Program-made: the position numbers and the translations under genes
DNA from: Escherichia phage vB_EcoM_KAW1E185
Direction: 5' to 3' (one strand)
DNA: 64,000 bases
Sequence record: NC_054922.1
Part shown: in pieces, positions 1-10,491 of the stretch
Layout of the letters: each line of letters opens with the position of its first letter
How positions within the stretch are numbered: position 1 is the stretch's first letter
The notes under the pieces: model-generated
Databases searched by the model: none
Told to the model about the DNA's origin: nothing
The model's input: the letters and a program-made list of their open reading frames with translations, nothing else

Positions 1-2178
1 TTAGGCCGCAAGGGCCTTCATAGTTTTAGCGATTTGGGAAACTTCATCATCACTTAAAGAATTGCGATAACCGATGAAGTCGGAAACAATACGGAATTTC
101 TTGGTAAACTCAGCAACCATTTTATCACTGTTTTTTGAAGCATTACGTGATAATTCATCAAAAAGATTAGTTACGGTCCAGATGTCATGACCGATGGTAT
201 CTTTTCCACCATTGAAATATACACCCCGCAATGAACTAACCATATTACCAAGGCGAGTATATTCTTCGGAAACTTCATCTGTACTGAAATATTTCATCAT
301 AAAATCAAGTTCAGGATACTTAATAATTTTATCAATATATCGCTGAGCTGAACTTGAATAACCTACATACTTATCATAATCTACATCGTCAAAAGCATCT
401 ACATATAAATCACGTAGAGTTTCAAAAATACATTGGCACTGACCAAGTTCTTTTACCTTTTTCTGTAAAAGCGGACGAATAACATAAAACTCATTAATGC
501 CAATAAGATTAGCCATACGAATCAAAATACTCGTAGACGGATTACAAAGAGATGTAGTACCATCCATAGAGAAAATATCAGAACGATGCATGTATGCTAC
601 ATAGCCAGTAATTTCATCTGCTTCTGATGTGAGAGTAAACAGTTCCTCTTTTTCCCAGCGCCCGTCTTTAATTTCAAACTTAAATGCAGTAGCAGCTTTA
701 GGACGAGGAGCTGCACTTTTTACTACCTTTGGAATATAACTTTTAACTAAAGCTTCGATTTCTGACAAATAATGTATGTTAACTTCATCACTTTCAAACA
801 TTGCCATAATATCAGGAAGCAAATCAATCTGCGATTCTACTTCCGGATTAATAAACAGAAGACGCTCATTATGATGAATATTCAAAGTGTTATTAAATTC
901 ACTATCATCTAATGCACGTGCTAATCCACGGACAATATTAACACGATTTTTAATATCATCAATAACGATATTAATTTTTGTTGTATTAATACCAAACAGA
1001 CGATAACTTGATGCAACGGCTGAAGTTTCATGACTTTGCTTAATACGTTTCAGTCGAGGGTCAAGATTTACTTCATACACCACGCCTGCATTACATAACT
1101 TACTGTCAGGTTCAAACATGCTCTGCATCTTTTTATATGACAGATTTTTAGTCGTAAATTTGACTGAATTGCTAATCATATAATCTCGAGCAGAATATCC
1201 CATCTTCATCAATTCACGGTATGTATGACGAGGAGATGTAGATTCTTTAAATCGTTTTACATCTTCATTAAATGCCTGCTCACTGAGCTCTTTAACACGC
1301 TCAATAATATTTTTACGAGTGCGATCATCTAGTGAAAGAGCTTCGCGTGATGGAGCAATATCAAGTGAACCCATTGGAAACTTAATGTAATTCACTTCAT
1401 TGCGAATGCTTAGCCAGTTACGGTCTCTAATAACACCATCAATAGGATAAACAATACCACCGTAGATAGCATACAATCCACCACGATCTGGCCAATATCT
1501 TTCTGGATTTACGCCGTAATAGTCATCAAAATCCGGAAAATAATCAATTTCACGGTCAAGACCATTAATGATAGCCAAATCTTTGAATGGTCGCATGATA
1601 TAAGAAACTTCATAAGCAAAGTTTCTAAAGTCTTTTTCTTCAACTGGAACTACGATTTCAATACCAGTTTTATCATCTGGACCCATTTCTTTTACGAATG
1701 TAGGTTTAATCTGTGGGCCATCACCATCCATGTAAGCTACATAACCACGAATTTCACCTTTATGATACGAAGTAATACTAAATGTATCAGTATAACTAAA
1801 CGGAGATTTAGAACCTAAACCAAATCCACCAATGAAATCATTAGATTCAGCCTTAGATGAACTAAAGTATGAATTATACAACCCAGGAGAATTATCATCA
1901 CCCTGAATATCAAAATCACTCATACCCGGACCAAAATCTCGGCAAACAAATCGTGGATCTAATCGTCCTGGAACTTGAATGATAAATTTTTCAGGATTTC
2001 CATTAAGAGCATGGGCATCAATCATGTTGGTAATCAATTCACGAACAACTGCGCGAATTTTGTTTGTATACAAATCAGATGACAGAATTTTAAATACTTT
2101 AGGAGATGCTGTGATGCTAAATGCTTTTGATTTAGAACCATTGCCAAGAATAGTTTCTTTTTCAGTGGTGATAATCAT
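1..2178 (-). CDS. rIIA: rIIA protein (rapid-lysis locus, membrane-associated)
   Basis: 725-aa ORF, same length as T4 rIIA; window begins at its stop codon; followed by rIIA.1 and gene 39 as in T-even phages. Confidence 0.85.
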   Translation of the reverse strand: MIITTEKETILGNGSKSKAFSITASPKVFKILSSDLYTNKIRAVVRELITNMIDAHALNGNPEKFIIQVPGRLDPRFVCRDFGPGMSDFDIQGDDNSPGLYNSYFSSSKAESNDFIGGFGLGSKSPFSYTDTFSITSYHKGEIRGYVAYMDGDGPQIKPTFVKEMGPDDKTGIEIVVPVEEKDFRNFAYEVSYIMRPFKDLAIINGLDREIDYFPDFDDYYGVNPERYWPDRGGLYAIYGGIVYPIDGVIRDRNWLSIRNEVNYIKFPMGSLDIAPSREALSLDDRTRKNIIERVKELSEQAFNEDVKRFKESTSPRHTYRELMKMGYSARDYMISNSVKFTTKNLSYKKMQSMFEPDSKLCNAGVVYEVNLDPRLKRIKQSHETSAVASSYRLFGINTTKINIVIDDIKNRVNIVRGLARALDDSEFNNTLNIHHNERLLFINPEVESQIDLLPDIMAMFESDEVNIHYLSEIEALVKSYIPKVVKSAAPRPKAATAFKFEIKDGRWEKEELFTLTSEADEITGYVAYMHRSDIFSMDGTTSLCNPSTSILIRMANLIGINEFYVIRPLLQKKVKELGQCQCIFETLRDLYVDAFDDVDYDKYVGYSSSAQRYIDKIIKYPELDFMMKYFSTDEVSEEYTRLGNMVSSLRGVYFNGGKDTIGHDIWTVTNLFDELSRNASKNSDKMVAEFTKKFRIVSDFIGYRNSLSDDEVSQIAKTMKALAA

Positions 2179-2188
2179 AATTTCCTCA

Positions 2189-2392
2189 TTAATTCATATT
2201 GCGTTTAATAACTTCAGCAACTTCTAGTAGTTCGTCTTTAGTTGCGGTGTCGGATTGAATTTTATCTCTAATATCTTTAAAGCGGTTTTTAAATTCTTCG
2301 GCTTCTCCCATATCGAAAAAGCGTTGAATGATTCTATATTCTCGATGAACTGCTTTATCAAAAAGTTCTAAATTTACTTTATATGATTTCAT
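2189..2392 (-). CDS. rIIA.1: rIIA.1-like small protein (67 aa)
   Basis: 67-aa ORF immediately upstream of rIIA in transcription order; position matches T4 rIIA.1. Confidence 0.5.
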   Translation of the reverse strand: MKSYKVNLELFDKAVHREYRIIQRFFDMGEAEEFKNRFKDIRDKIQSDTATKDELLEVAEVIKRNMN

Positions 2393-2417
2393 TCCAATAT
2401 CCTCATTTGCCCAATTA

Positions 2418-2447
2418 ATTATACCACATCCTTGTGGTAAAGTAAAC
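2418..2447 (-). promoter_or_regulatory. T4-type early promoter (-35 GTTTAC, 18-bp spacer, -10 TATAAT)
   Basis: plus strand shows gtaaac at 2442-2447 and attata at 2418-2423; sits upstream of rIIA.1. Confidence 0.55.
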
Positions 2448-4267
2448 TACTGGCTCATCCATTCTTTGCGAAGGTCAGCATTATCTCCCATGAGCATTTC
2501 AAAAAGCTCTTTCCAGTTCTCAGGAAGTTTAACAACATCATATACTGGATTTTGAATCATCTCACGATATTCAGATTTTTCCAAAGAGCCAAGTCCTTTA
2601 ATATAACGGATGCTATGTTTAGGTAGAGCATCTTTGGCACTCTCATATTCAGCGACTGTATAAAACCATTCTTGTTTTTTACCGACCTGAGCGATGATTA
2701 CAGGAGTTTTGACAAAGCGAATTCGTCCTTGCTCAAACAGTTCTGGCCAATTACTAAAAAATCCAAGAAGAGAAGGATAAATGCTTCCTAGACCATCATG
2801 GTCAGCATCAGTCATAATAGCAATATTATGATAATTCAAGTTTTCAGCTTTTTCACCAAGAACTAATCCAGTGATTGCGCAAATATCAAATAGTTCTTTG
2901 TTTTTAAGCATATCAGCATATGACATACCCCAACTGTTGAGAACTTTACCACGCAATGGATAACCACCATGAAGTTCTTTATCACGAACATCAATAAGAT
3001 ATCCGATAGCAGAATCACCCTCAGTCAAGAAAAGAGTAGTATCAGCATCTTTACCGCAAAGATTCGCTTTGATATGTTTATGAACTTTAGCTTTAGAAGC
3101 CTTTTTAGCTGCTTTAGTTTCAGCTGCTTTTTCTGCTGCCAATTTACGAGCTAGTGCAGCTTCAATAATTGGCATCAGAATTGCTTCATTATTTAGAATA
3201 GCGCGTGAAATCTTTTTAGCGTCAAGTTGAATATGACTACGGATTTCACCAAATGGAGAAGTCAAACGCTCTTTAGTTTGAGAATCAAATCGCATGTTTT
3301 TCATATCACGGACAAACATAACGATAGTCAAACATTCTTTGACACGTGCTTTAGTTACATCAATTTTGAACTTACGTTTGATTTGTGGAATAAGGTCTTC
3401 ACAAATATCATCCATAACACAGTCAATGTGATGGCCACCATTCTTAGTGTGAATGTTATTCACATAAGTTAATTGGCGAAATCCATCCGGTGAACGACCA
3501 ACCGCAATAGAACAATTTTCTTGTTCTTGAACAATAGCATGTTCATCATACTGTCGTGCATATTTCTTAAAATTGCCCTGAACCTTTTTACCATTAAAGG
3601 TAAATTGAATATCAGGATAAACTACTGCAAGTGTCTGGAGACGATCCAGTGTAATGTCAAGATAAACTTGGGACAGCTCATTAGTTTCAAATGACATAAA
3701 ATCTGGAATGAAAGTAACACGAGTTCCTTTCCATTTTCCAGGAATAGTTTCCCAGGATTTATTTTCCATGCCATTTGAACAACGAACTACAATATTATTT
3801 TGACCATCGCCAGTTTCACCGACAAACATCACAGAAAAAATGTTAGTTAAACTAGAACCAACACCATTCATACCACCGGTGACACGTTCTTTATCATCAC
3901 CAAAGTTACCACCTGCTTTTGGAATAGTCCATGCAGCAACAGGACCAGGAATTTCTTCACCGGTAGGTGTTTTAACCATCGCTTGTGGAATACCACGACC
4001 GTTATCTTCAACTGTTACTTGATTGTTTTTGATAGTAACATTAATTTTATTTGCGAATTTAAACTTAGTACGAATACCTTCATCTACTGAGTTATCGATA
4101 ATTTCATCAATAAGCTTAACAAGACCAGGTACATACTGAACACTTTCCCATTTACCAAACAGAAAGCGCTCATGCATTTCATTAGCAGAAGAGCCAATAT
4201 ACATGCCGCTACGCTTTTTGATATGTTCAATATCGCTCAGAATTTTAATTTCATTCTTAATCATCAC
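2447..4267 (-). CDS. 39: DNA topoisomerase II large (ATPase) subunit, continuous gene 39 including the part that is gene 60 in T4
   Basis: 606-aa ORF; GyrB-like N-terminus and TOPRIM-like DADHDG near the C-terminus; uninterrupted reading frame. Confidence 0.85.
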   Translation of the reverse strand: MMIKNEIKILSDIEHIKKRSGMYIGSSANEMHERFLFGKWESVQYVPGLVKLIDEIIDNSVDEGIRTKFKFANKINVTIKNNQVTVEDNGRGIPQAMVKTPTGEEIPGPVAAWTIPKAGGNFGDDKERVTGGMNGVGSSLTNIFSVMFVGETGDGQNNIVVRCSNGMENKSWETIPGKWKGTRVTFIPDFMSFETNELSQVYLDITLDRLQTLAVVYPDIQFTFNGKKVQGNFKKYARQYDEHAIVQEQENCSIAVGRSPDGFRQLTYVNNIHTKNGGHHIDCVMDDICEDLIPQIKRKFKIDVTKARVKECLTIVMFVRDMKNMRFDSQTKERLTSPFGEIRSHIQLDAKKISRAILNNEAILMPIIEAALARKLAAEKAAETKAAKKASKAKVHKHIKANLCGKDADTTLFLTEGDSAIGYLIDVRDKELHGGYPLRGKVLNSWGMSYADMLKNKELFDICAITGLVLGEKAENLNYHNIAIMTDADHDGLGSIYPSLLGFFSNWPELFEQGRIRFVKTPVIIAQVGKKQEWFYTVAEYESAKDALPKHSIRYIKGLGSLEKSEYREMIQNPVYDVVKLPENWKELFEMLMGDNADLRKEWMSQ

Positions 4268-4316
4268 TTATCCTCGTTTGGTTTCGGGAATATTATACTC
4301 CGGTAATCATAAAGCT

Positions 4317-4334
4317 AAAGGCCCGAAGGCCTTT
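4317..4334 (-). terminator. stem-loop (7-bp stem, UUCG loop in minus-strand RNA) after the lipoprotein gene stop
   Basis: plus strand aaaggcc cgaa ggccttt; U-rich flank. Confidence 0.5.
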
Positions 4335-4603
4335 TATTTAAAACGAATAGTTGAATCCTTAAAGAACAGCCCAGAACATACTGTTCCTTCTACTTTCTGC
4401 CCAGTAGGTCCAACAGCACGAAATCCAGTATGTTGGAAATCATTTTCAGAGCAACCGAACCAGTTATATCCAGTGATTTCAATATTCGTAAAACCACTTG
4501 ATGATAAAATTTTAGTTGCATTATCAGCATCAGTGCATCCTACTAAAGATACTGCTAATACTAATGCTGCGATAGAACGATTAACATATTTCATAATTTT
4601 CAC
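4334..4603 (-). CDS. predicted lipoprotein (89 aa)
   Basis: N-terminal signal peptide with LVGC lipobox. Confidence 0.5.
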   Translation of the reverse strand: MKIMKYVNRSIAALVLAVSLVGCTDADNATKILSSSGFTNIEITGYNWFGCSENDFQHTGFRAVGPTGQKVEGTVCSGLFFKDSTIRFK

Positions 4604-4971
4604 TTAAATTTAATGGCTTGAAGGAGACTAATAATTCTTAAACGGCTTCTTTCATCTTTAACTGTAAAAGAAAGAGGGTCGCCAGATTTCATAGTAATAG
4701 TGCATTCAAAATCAAAATCTTCTGTGACTTCTTCGAAGAAGTCAAATTCTTCATCATAAATTAGAACACTACTTTGCAGACTGTGGAGAGTTTTTCCAGC
4801 ATTTCCAGATGCTGTACCAATCATTGTAACATTATGACCTTTCATATCTTCAACGATAAATTCGTTTGTCAATATTACAGCATTAATAGAACTATTCCTA
4901 TTACTAACAGAAAGTAGAAATTTCTGTTCTTCACCTTCACGAATACGATATTTCTTACCAATTTTAAACAT
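4600..4971 (-). CDS. hypothetical protein (123 aa)
   Basis: ORF coupled to the downstream gene by a 4-nt overlap. Confidence 0.45.
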   Translation of the reverse strand: MFKIGKKYRIREGEEQKFLLSVSNRNSSINAVILTNEFIVEDMKGHNVTMIGTASGNAGKTLHSLQSSVLIYDEEFDFFEEVTEDFDFECTITMKSGDPLSFTVKDERSRLRIISLLQAIKFK

Positions 4972-4973
4972 AA

Positions 4974-5150
4974 TTACCCTTTAAGTAAGTCGTAAAAACC
5001 ACCATTCACATGCTTAGGAGCAGAAGGCCGACGAGTAGACAGACGATGACATTTAGGGCAAACATCATTTTCTCGTTCAGAAATCTTTTTAATTTTTTCA
5101 TATTCATGCCCGCAATCTTCGGATTGGCATTTATAATCATACATTGGCAT
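4974..5150 (-). CDS. small zinc-ribbon protein (58 aa, CxxC...CxxC); below the ORF-track size cut-off
   Basis: own translation MPMYDYKCQSEDCGHEYEKIKKISERENDVCPKCHRLSTRRPSAPKHVNGGFYDLLKG; fills the gap between two ORFs exactly. Confidence 0.4.
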   Translation of the reverse strand: MPMYDYKCQSEDCGHEYEKIKKISERENDVCPKCHRLSTRRPSAPKHVNGGFYDLLKG

Positions 5151-5152
5151 AA

Positions 5153-5578
5153 TTATTCCTTAAAATGTGCTTTCAACATCTGATACAAGGACCATGCATG
5201 TTCATTATTTTCAATAGTAACTTTCATGACCGGGAATTCTGTGAAATCTTCTATTTGTTCTTGCTCTTTCTCTTCCTGCTCTTGCTCTTCGGCTGCCTGG
5301 TATGGATTTTCCACTTCATCAAAGAACACAGCTTCGCTCGTTGAAAGCCAGATAAAATCTTCATCCAAAATATCTTTACCAGAAGATAACGCCAATTTTC
5401 CACTAGATGTCACAAGTTTAGTAGGACGACCAAGATAGTCAATATCTGTAACTCTAAAAGGTTCCATACCAAGACGACGTGCATAAATTCCGTTTTCAGT
5501 ATGGTCTTTAATAAAAGCTTCTTGAGCTTGTTTATTTTTAAATTGATACCATTTATTAACTTCAAATCTAATAGCCAT
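5153..5578 (-). CDS. goF: goF-like protein (141 aa)
   Basis: 141 aa, same length and position as T4 goF (between gene 39 and cef); acidic [12 protein letters not shown] stretch. Confidence 0.45.
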   Translation of the reverse strand: MAIRFEVNKWYQFKNKQAQEAFIKDHTENGIYARRLGMEPFRVTDIDYLGRPTKLVTSSGKLALSSGKDILDEDFIWLSTSEAVFFDEVENPYQAAEEQEQEEKEQEQIEDFTEFPVMKVTIENNEHAWSLYQMLKAHFKE

Positions 5579-5793
5579 TAATAAATTTCCTTCCAGTAAG
5601 TTGTACCGTCTTCAGTGATTTCACGGAATACACCGTAAATCGGTTGTTTATCACCAACCTTTTCATACACATAAACCGAAGTCAAGTGAGTAAACTTGAT
5701 GGTGTGTTCCTTTTGAACTACTACCAAATTTGGATCGAATAATACATCTTCAAATTCGTCATTAGTGCAGTTCTGAACAATTTTACGTTTCAT
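5578..5793 (-). CDS. cef: cef-like protein (71 aa)
   Basis: 71 aa, same length and position as T4 cef. Confidence 0.4.
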   Translation of the reverse strand: MKRKIVQNCTNDEFEDVLFDPNLVVVQKEHTIKFTHLTSVYVYEKVGDKQPIYGVFREITEDGTTYWKEIY

Positions 5794-5806
5794 TACAATT
5801 TCCTCA

Positions 5807-6088
5807 TTAATTGAACAGTGGAGCGATGCGTTTCAGAAGAGTAGCAGCACCTTTGGCAAATTTTACATCATGAAAAACAGTTTCTTCTTCCGTTACAACA
5901 CGAGCTTTAATGTTTTCACAATCCCAATTTTTGCGAACAATCTTCAAAAGCTGCAGTAAATCTTTACATTCAGCAATATCGATAACACATCCACGAGAAT
6001 CTTCCATTATCGCACGATAACCGTAAGCCATACCATAATCGTTAAAAGATTGCTCGATGATAATTAAGTTTTCCATTTTATTCTCCAA
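5807..6088 (-). CDS. hypothetical protein (93 aa)
   Basis: ORF; promoter-like region upstream. Confidence 0.4.
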   Translation of the reverse strand: MENKMENLIIIEQSFNDYGMAYGYRAIMEDSRGCVIDIAECKDLLQLLKIVRKNWDCENIKARVVTEEETVFHDVKFAKGAATLLKRIAPLFN

Positions 6089-6175
6089 GTTGTTTTCTGT
6101 ATCAGTAGTTGATATTGATATAGTACCATAATCAACTACTGATGTATATAGTTTTATGAAAAAAAAATTTAAACT

Positions 6176-6667
6176 TTATGCATAGCGAGCTTTACTGTAG
6201 TGTTTAATCCAACTTTCAGGAATGACTTTGTATGTTCCTAAAAATACCGCGTTGTATAACTTAACGCCATCTTCTACCCATTGATCAGTAATGTATGCAC
6301 ACATAGCGCGAGTACGGTTAACAACACCTTCCTCACCTTCAGTAAATTCAAACTCATAAGGAGCAACGAACTTGATAGCTTGACCGAGTTTCCACTTAAA
6401 GTCTACACCTACATGCGAAGTATCAATCGTTTCAATTCCTTTAGCGGGAACAGCTTTCAAAAACGCAGGCTCAAGAAATTTCCATCGAACATAACCAAAC
6501 TGAGGTTTAGACATTCCATCTTTAGGAATGATACGCACTTTTACTTCAGAATCTTCATCTTTAACACCATGTTTAAGCTGAATGCTTACGACTTCAACCA
6601 ATTTTCCTGCTGCTTTAGAACGGGATTTATCAGATACACGAGCAATTTCACCGATATTAATATTCAT
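6176..6667 (-). CDS. motB: MotB-like protein (163 aa)
   Basis: size and position match T4 motB; C-terminus related to the neighbouring 145-aa ORF. Confidence 0.45.
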   Translation of the reverse strand: MNINIGEIARVSDKSRSKAAGKLVEVVSIQLKHGVKDEDSEVKVRIIPKDGMSKPQFGYVRWKFLEPAFLKAVPAKGIETIDTSHVGVDFKWKLGQAIKFVAPYEFEFTEGEEGVVNRTRAMCAYITDQWVEDGVKLYNAVFLGTYKVIPESWIKHYSKARYA

Positions 6668-6711
6668 AATTATCTCTCACTTGTTAAAAAGATTTTATAC
6701 TCCGCAGGACC

Positions 6712-6741
6712 ATTATACTCTGGTCCCAAGAGTTTGTAAAC
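6712..6741 (-). promoter_or_regulatory. T4-type early promoter
   Basis: gtaaac 6736-6741 and attata 6712-6717 on plus strand; 18-bp spacer; upstream of motB. Confidence 0.55.
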
Positions 6742-7178
6742 TAGCTTACACGAACATTAATCACTGCGCTGCGAGGAACTACAGAGTACTCTCCAGCATG
6801 AACTACGTTCAGAAGTTCAACACCATCTTCAATCCACTGATCAGTCACCCATCCACCCACAGGATTCGCGAATGGACGACGAATATAAACTGCCTTACAC
6901 AGCAGATCAGTTGGATCTTCAGGTTTTTCAATTTCTGTCAATAGACTAAAATCTTTTTCATAAATAATAAGCGGTGATACCATTCCATAATAGTTTCTAA
7001 TTTCAATATACATCATACCGATAAGAATTCCGCTATTAACACTAATAACAGTAAAAGGATATCCGCCAGTTAAACCAAGAAGTTCACAAAACTTATTATG
7101 AGCTGTATTAGACAGTACCGAAAAATTCTTAATTTCATCAAATTTTTTCAATTGATAAACAGCATTATTTTTAATCAT
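6741..7178 (-). CDS. MotB-family paralog (145 aa)
   Basis: C-terminal VTDQWIEDGVELLNVVHAGEYSVVP resembles ITDQWVEDGVKLYNAVFLGTYKVIP of the 163-aa neighbour. Confidence 0.45.
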   Translation of the reverse strand: MIKNNAVYQLKKFDEIKNFSVLSNTAHNKFCELLGLTGGYPFTVISVNSGILIGMMYIEIRNYYGMVSPLIIYEKDFSLLTEIEKPEDPTDLLCKAVYIRRPFANPVGGWVTDQWIEDGVELLNVVHAGEYSVVPRSAVINVRVS

Positions 7179-7188
7179 AATTTTCTCT

Positions 7189-7692
7189 TTAATCTAAGGT
7201 AATAAAGCCTTTTAATTCGGCATGGGATTTACGGAACATTACTTGATGCCCACCAATGATAACTTTATCTTCAGGAACTTCATATATAGCGAGATAAAAT
7301 CCTTTAGAAGATAATTCTTCACGCTCTTCTCGTGTGAACCATCTCATCATATCATATTCACTAGCAAAAGCAAAATGATAAAGAGCTATAAACCATCCTG
7401 GAATATAGTGATCTACGCCTACATATTCTTCTTTCTCAAAATTAGTATTAATTGCTATATTAGCATTTTTAACTAATAGTTTGTCTTCGTGCGGAAGAGG
7501 AATTCTTTTATTATCATTACTATGATGCATAAAATTAGGTCTGTCATAACCTACGTGTAATAACCACTCTTCGCTCCATGAATCCATTATACTCCTGTAC
7601 GGCGTTATTTGAACACAAAGATCTCGACGTATTGTTATAGCATCTTCATAATTAAGAATACTAAATGATGATTCAACACGATAAATTTTCAT
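7189..7692 (-). CDS. hypothetical protein (167 aa)
   Basis: ORF with early promoter upstream. Confidence 0.45.
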   Translation of the reverse strand: MKIYRVESSFSILNYEDAITIRRDLCVQITPYRSIMDSWSEEWLLHVGYDRPNFMHHSNDNKRIPLPHEDKLLVKNANIAINTNFEKEEYVGVDHYIPGWFIALYHFAFASEYDMMRWFTREEREELSSKGFYLAIYEVPEDKVIIGGHQVMFRKSHAELKGFITLD

Positions 7693-7719
7693 TTTATTAT
7701 CCTCAGTAGCTATGGTGTT

Positions 7720-7749
7720 ATAATACCACAGCTAACCGAGGAAGTAAAC
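7720..7749 (-). promoter_or_regulatory. T4-type early promoter (extended -10)
   Basis: gtaaac 7744-7749; -10 TATTAT preceded by TG; 18-bp spacer. Confidence 0.5.
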
Positions 7750-7754
7750 AACTT

Positions 7755-8438
7755 TTATCGTTTAGTTGGAAGAGATAGAGGATCGCATTCTTCCTCTGAT
7801 GGAGCGTCTTCAAGACCCATAGCATAGCGCAAAGCATACTTCATCATCAGGATGTCTTTCGCACAGTCATGAATGGAATCATGCGCAACGAATCCATCTA
7901 AAGTTCCTTTTGGAAGAGGACATGTGGTCATATCACGAACAAGCAGAAGTGCTTCAATTCTGGTACGAATATCACGCTGATTCCAGAATTTACAAGGTTC
8001 TAACTTAAACGTATCAAGCTCATTCTCGGAAACGCCGTTAAGACGTTGAATATCGCGAATGAGATCGACTAAAATTGGAAAATCAAACGACATTCCACGG
8101 CACCAACCTTGAGATTTCCAAGGATCGATATTATGCGCATTGATATAATCATTAAATTTTGCAATACCATCGATAGTGCTTACATCTTCATCTGATGGCG
8201 CAATATTTTTTCGAGCTTCAGGAGATTGATTCTTCCACCATTCGATAGTGCTTTTAGTAAAAAGACGATGTCCTTTTTGACTTTTTAAGTCAAATTTAAT
8301 TTTAATCCCACGTGAAACTAGTTCATCGAATGTTTCAACAACTTCTGGGTTAGGGTCAAAAGCAATTACAGCCAAATCAATAACAGCTGCTTTTTCACCG
8401 CTTCCCATTGTTTCAAAATCTATAATAAAATCAAACAT
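7755..8438 (-). CDS. dexA: exonuclease A (DnaQ-like 3'-5' exonuclease)
   Basis: 227 aa as in T4 DexA; N-terminal FIIDFET acidic motif. Confidence 0.8.
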   Translation of the reverse strand: MFDFIIDFETMGSGEKAAVIDLAVIAFDPNPEVVETFDELVSRGIKIKFDLKSQKGHRLFTKSTIEWWKNQSPEARKNIAPSDEDVSTIDGIAKFNDYINAHNIDPWKSQGWCRGMSFDFPILVDLIRDIQRLNGVSENELDTFKLEPCKFWNQRDIRTRIEALLLVRDMTTCPLPKGTLDGFVAHDSIHDCAKDILMMKYALRYAMGLEDAPSEEECDPLSLPTKR

Positions 8439-8713
8439 TAAATTTTCCTTGCTAAATCGCGAATTTGACCTACAGTATAATCTTGGATATAAACTTTATT
8501 AATAGGCTCATCAATAAATTTTGCCATAGATTCAATATCTTTTTGTATCTCTTCAAGACTGTATACTATCTTTAAAGCTTTTTCGCGAATAGTAATATTT
8601 TCAGGACTAGAATTTTCCTCAATGACAGCTTTAACATTTGTCATAAGAGATTTAAACTGATGCAAACTTAATTCAATCATTAATAACCGCCTTATAAAGA
8701 TGGCTAATTTCAC
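8438..8713 (-). CDS. hypothetical protein (91 aa), dexA.1 position
   Basis: ORF coupled to dexA. Confidence 0.4.
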   Translation of the reverse strand: MKLAIFIRRLLMIELSLHQFKSLMTNVKAVIEENSSPENITIREKALKIVYSLEEIQKDIESMAKFIDEPINKVYIQDYTVGQIRDLARKI

Positions 8714-8933
8714 CTAAAACATAATCACTGATTGTGACAGTTTTCACTTCACCACAAAAGAATTCTAACGCAATTAAATCTCGTTCAATTTCTTCTAATT
8801 GAAGCATTAACTTGCCAGATTCAATTTTTACATTTCTACGATTTTTACTATAAGCTAATTCATAAATTTCGCTAACTTTATCCTGAAGAAGATAAAACTG
8901 ATCTTTAGTTATTTCCACGAATAGCTTCCTCAA
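8673..8933 (-). CDS. hypothetical protein (86 aa)
   Basis: ORF; shares KxxxEIxxxQxxLxxxE-like pattern with its neighbours. Confidence 0.4.
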   Translation of the reverse strand: MRKLFVEITKDQFYLLQDKVSEIYELAYSKNRRNVKIESGKLMLQLEEIERDLIALEFFCGEVKTVTISDYVLGEISHLYKAVIND

Positions 8934-9165
8934 ATTTAATTAGTAATTTACAGACACTTTCATCTAGTGTAATTACCGTATCTGTATTACTGTGATATGA
9001 TTGTTTTTCAATTCGTTTAATTGCTAATATAGTATCACTTATAAGATAAAGCTTATGAAGGAGCTCAGCTCCTGTTACCATAACATCGAGATTATCTTGC
9101 TTATTAGTATGCTTCCTTATACCATCTATTAGACGATTTAAATATTTTGAATTGATGTTAATCAT
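8905..9165 (-). CDS. hypothetical protein (86 aa)
   Basis: ORF. Confidence 0.4.
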   Translation of the reverse strand: MININSKYLNRLIDGIRKHTNKQDNLDVMVTGAELLHKLYLISDTILAIKRIEKQSYHSNTDTVITLDESVCKLLIKFEEAIRGNN

Positions 9166-9171
9166 ATAGCC

Positions 9172-10491
9172 TCACACATAAAACACATCATAACGACCAC
9201 GTGTTACACCAACATAAAGAAGCTGCTGAGCTAGTTCAGCATCTGCATAATGAATACAAGGCGTATAAATGAAAGCACGGTCTACAGACATACCCTGAGC
9301 TTTATGGAATGTTGATGCAGGAAGTGCTTTCACTTTACTGAACTGCGATTTAGCATCCCAAAAATCACTCCATGGAGCTTTTCCGCCTTTATTCCAATTT
9401 TTATAAGTTTCTGCCGTTTTACCTAAAAATAGGTTAAACTTATATAGCTCTTCATCAGATGAAATTATTTTAATCTTTTCACGATAATATTCATCATCGC
9501 CATAAGTTTCTACTGTTAAATCCCAATGACGAATTAGATATTCTCCAGGAACACCACGAGCTTTAACAAATGTTGATGTATACTCTGCTTCTATAATACG
9601 AACTAATTGTCCGTTATTAAAAATAATTTCTGATACCGGTTTTCCGTCAATTTTATACGTTTTAATTAACGGTTCTTGCATTACAATAATTTCACCGACA
9701 ATAAAATCTTTATCAGTTTCAAAAATCTTTTTACGAATAATGCTATTTAACTTGTCAACAGATTTATTCGTAAATGCCATTACGCGATTTTCAAACAAAT
9801 CATCTAATGATTTGACGATTGAAAAATAATTTACCATAAAATCGCGTAAAGCGGTATCACCAGTAAATCCACGTACTCCATGCCCGTCAACAACTTTATC
9901 ATAAATCCACTTACCGTTACGAACGTCAGTAGCTACATCAATAATAGGAGCATTACTGCGTTTAACTTCAGTGAGTTCACACTGATAAAAATCTTTGTGT
10001 GTAAAGAATGGACTGATATAAGCAGTATTTTCTCCTGGATCAACAGGTCTAATTTGCTTATTATCACCTATTCCAATTATAGTACACCAAGGTGGAATAG
10101 TTGAAAGCAGAATTTTAAATAGCTTTCTATCATACATTGACACTTCGTCGCAGATTAATACCCTGCATTTAGCTAAATCTGGTACTTCCTTCTGTTCAAA
10201 AAGAACGTTTTCTTCATACGTAACTGGGTTAATTTTAAGAATACTGTGAATAGTACTCGCTTCTTTCCCCGACAGTTTTGAAAGAATCTTTTTAGCTGCA
10301 TGTGTAGGAGCTGCCAAAATGATACCAGTTTCGCCCGTAGATATTAAAGCTTCAATGATGAACTTAGTAAGAGTAGTCTTACCAGTACCAGCAGGTCCAT
10401 TAATAGTTACATGATGTTTCTTTTCTTTAATAGCCCTCATAACGATGTTAAAGGCATTTTTCTGGCCTTCAGTCAAATCATCAAATGTCAT
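9172..10491 (-). CDS. dda: Dda DNA helicase (SF1B)
   Basis: 439 aa as in T4 Dda; Walker A GPAGTGKTT. Confidence 0.9.
   Translation of the reverse strand: MTFDDLTEGQKNAFNIVMRAIKEKKHHVTINGPAGTGKTTLTKFIIEALISTGETGIILAAPTHAAKKILSKLSGKEASTIHSILKINPVTYEENVLFEQKEVPDLAKCRVLICDEVSMYDRKLFKILLSTIPPWCTIIGIGDNKQIRPVDPGENTAYISPFFTHKDFYQCELTEVKRSNAPIIDVATDVRNGKWIYDKVVDGHGVRGFTGDTALRDFMVNYFSIVKSLDDLFENRVMAFTNKSVDKLNSIIRKKIFETDKDFIVGEIIVMQEPLIKTYKIDGKPVSEIIFNNGQLVRIIEAEYTSTFVKARGVPGEYLIRHWDLTVETYGDDEYYREKIKIISSDEELYKFNLFLGKTAETYKNWNKGGKAPWSDFWDAKSQFSKVKALPASTFHKAQGMSVDRAFIYTPCIHYADAELAQQLLYVGVTRGRYDVFYV

Noticed and set aside
1979-2227. Plus-strand ORFs in general (for example 1979..2227, 2969..3154, 4203..4607, 6281..6944, 9880..10104, 17067..17372, 18701..19096, 19778..20032, 22299..22586, 30403..30819, 32815..33198, 41109..41333, 45179..45508, 61040..61632, 62704..62973)
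   Set aside because: Each lies antisense to a well-supported minus-strand gene, has no convincing Shine-Dalgarno, and gives a low-complexity or hydrophobic translation typical of the reverse frame of AT-rich coding sequence. Only 16356..16556 was kept, as a low-confidence candidate.
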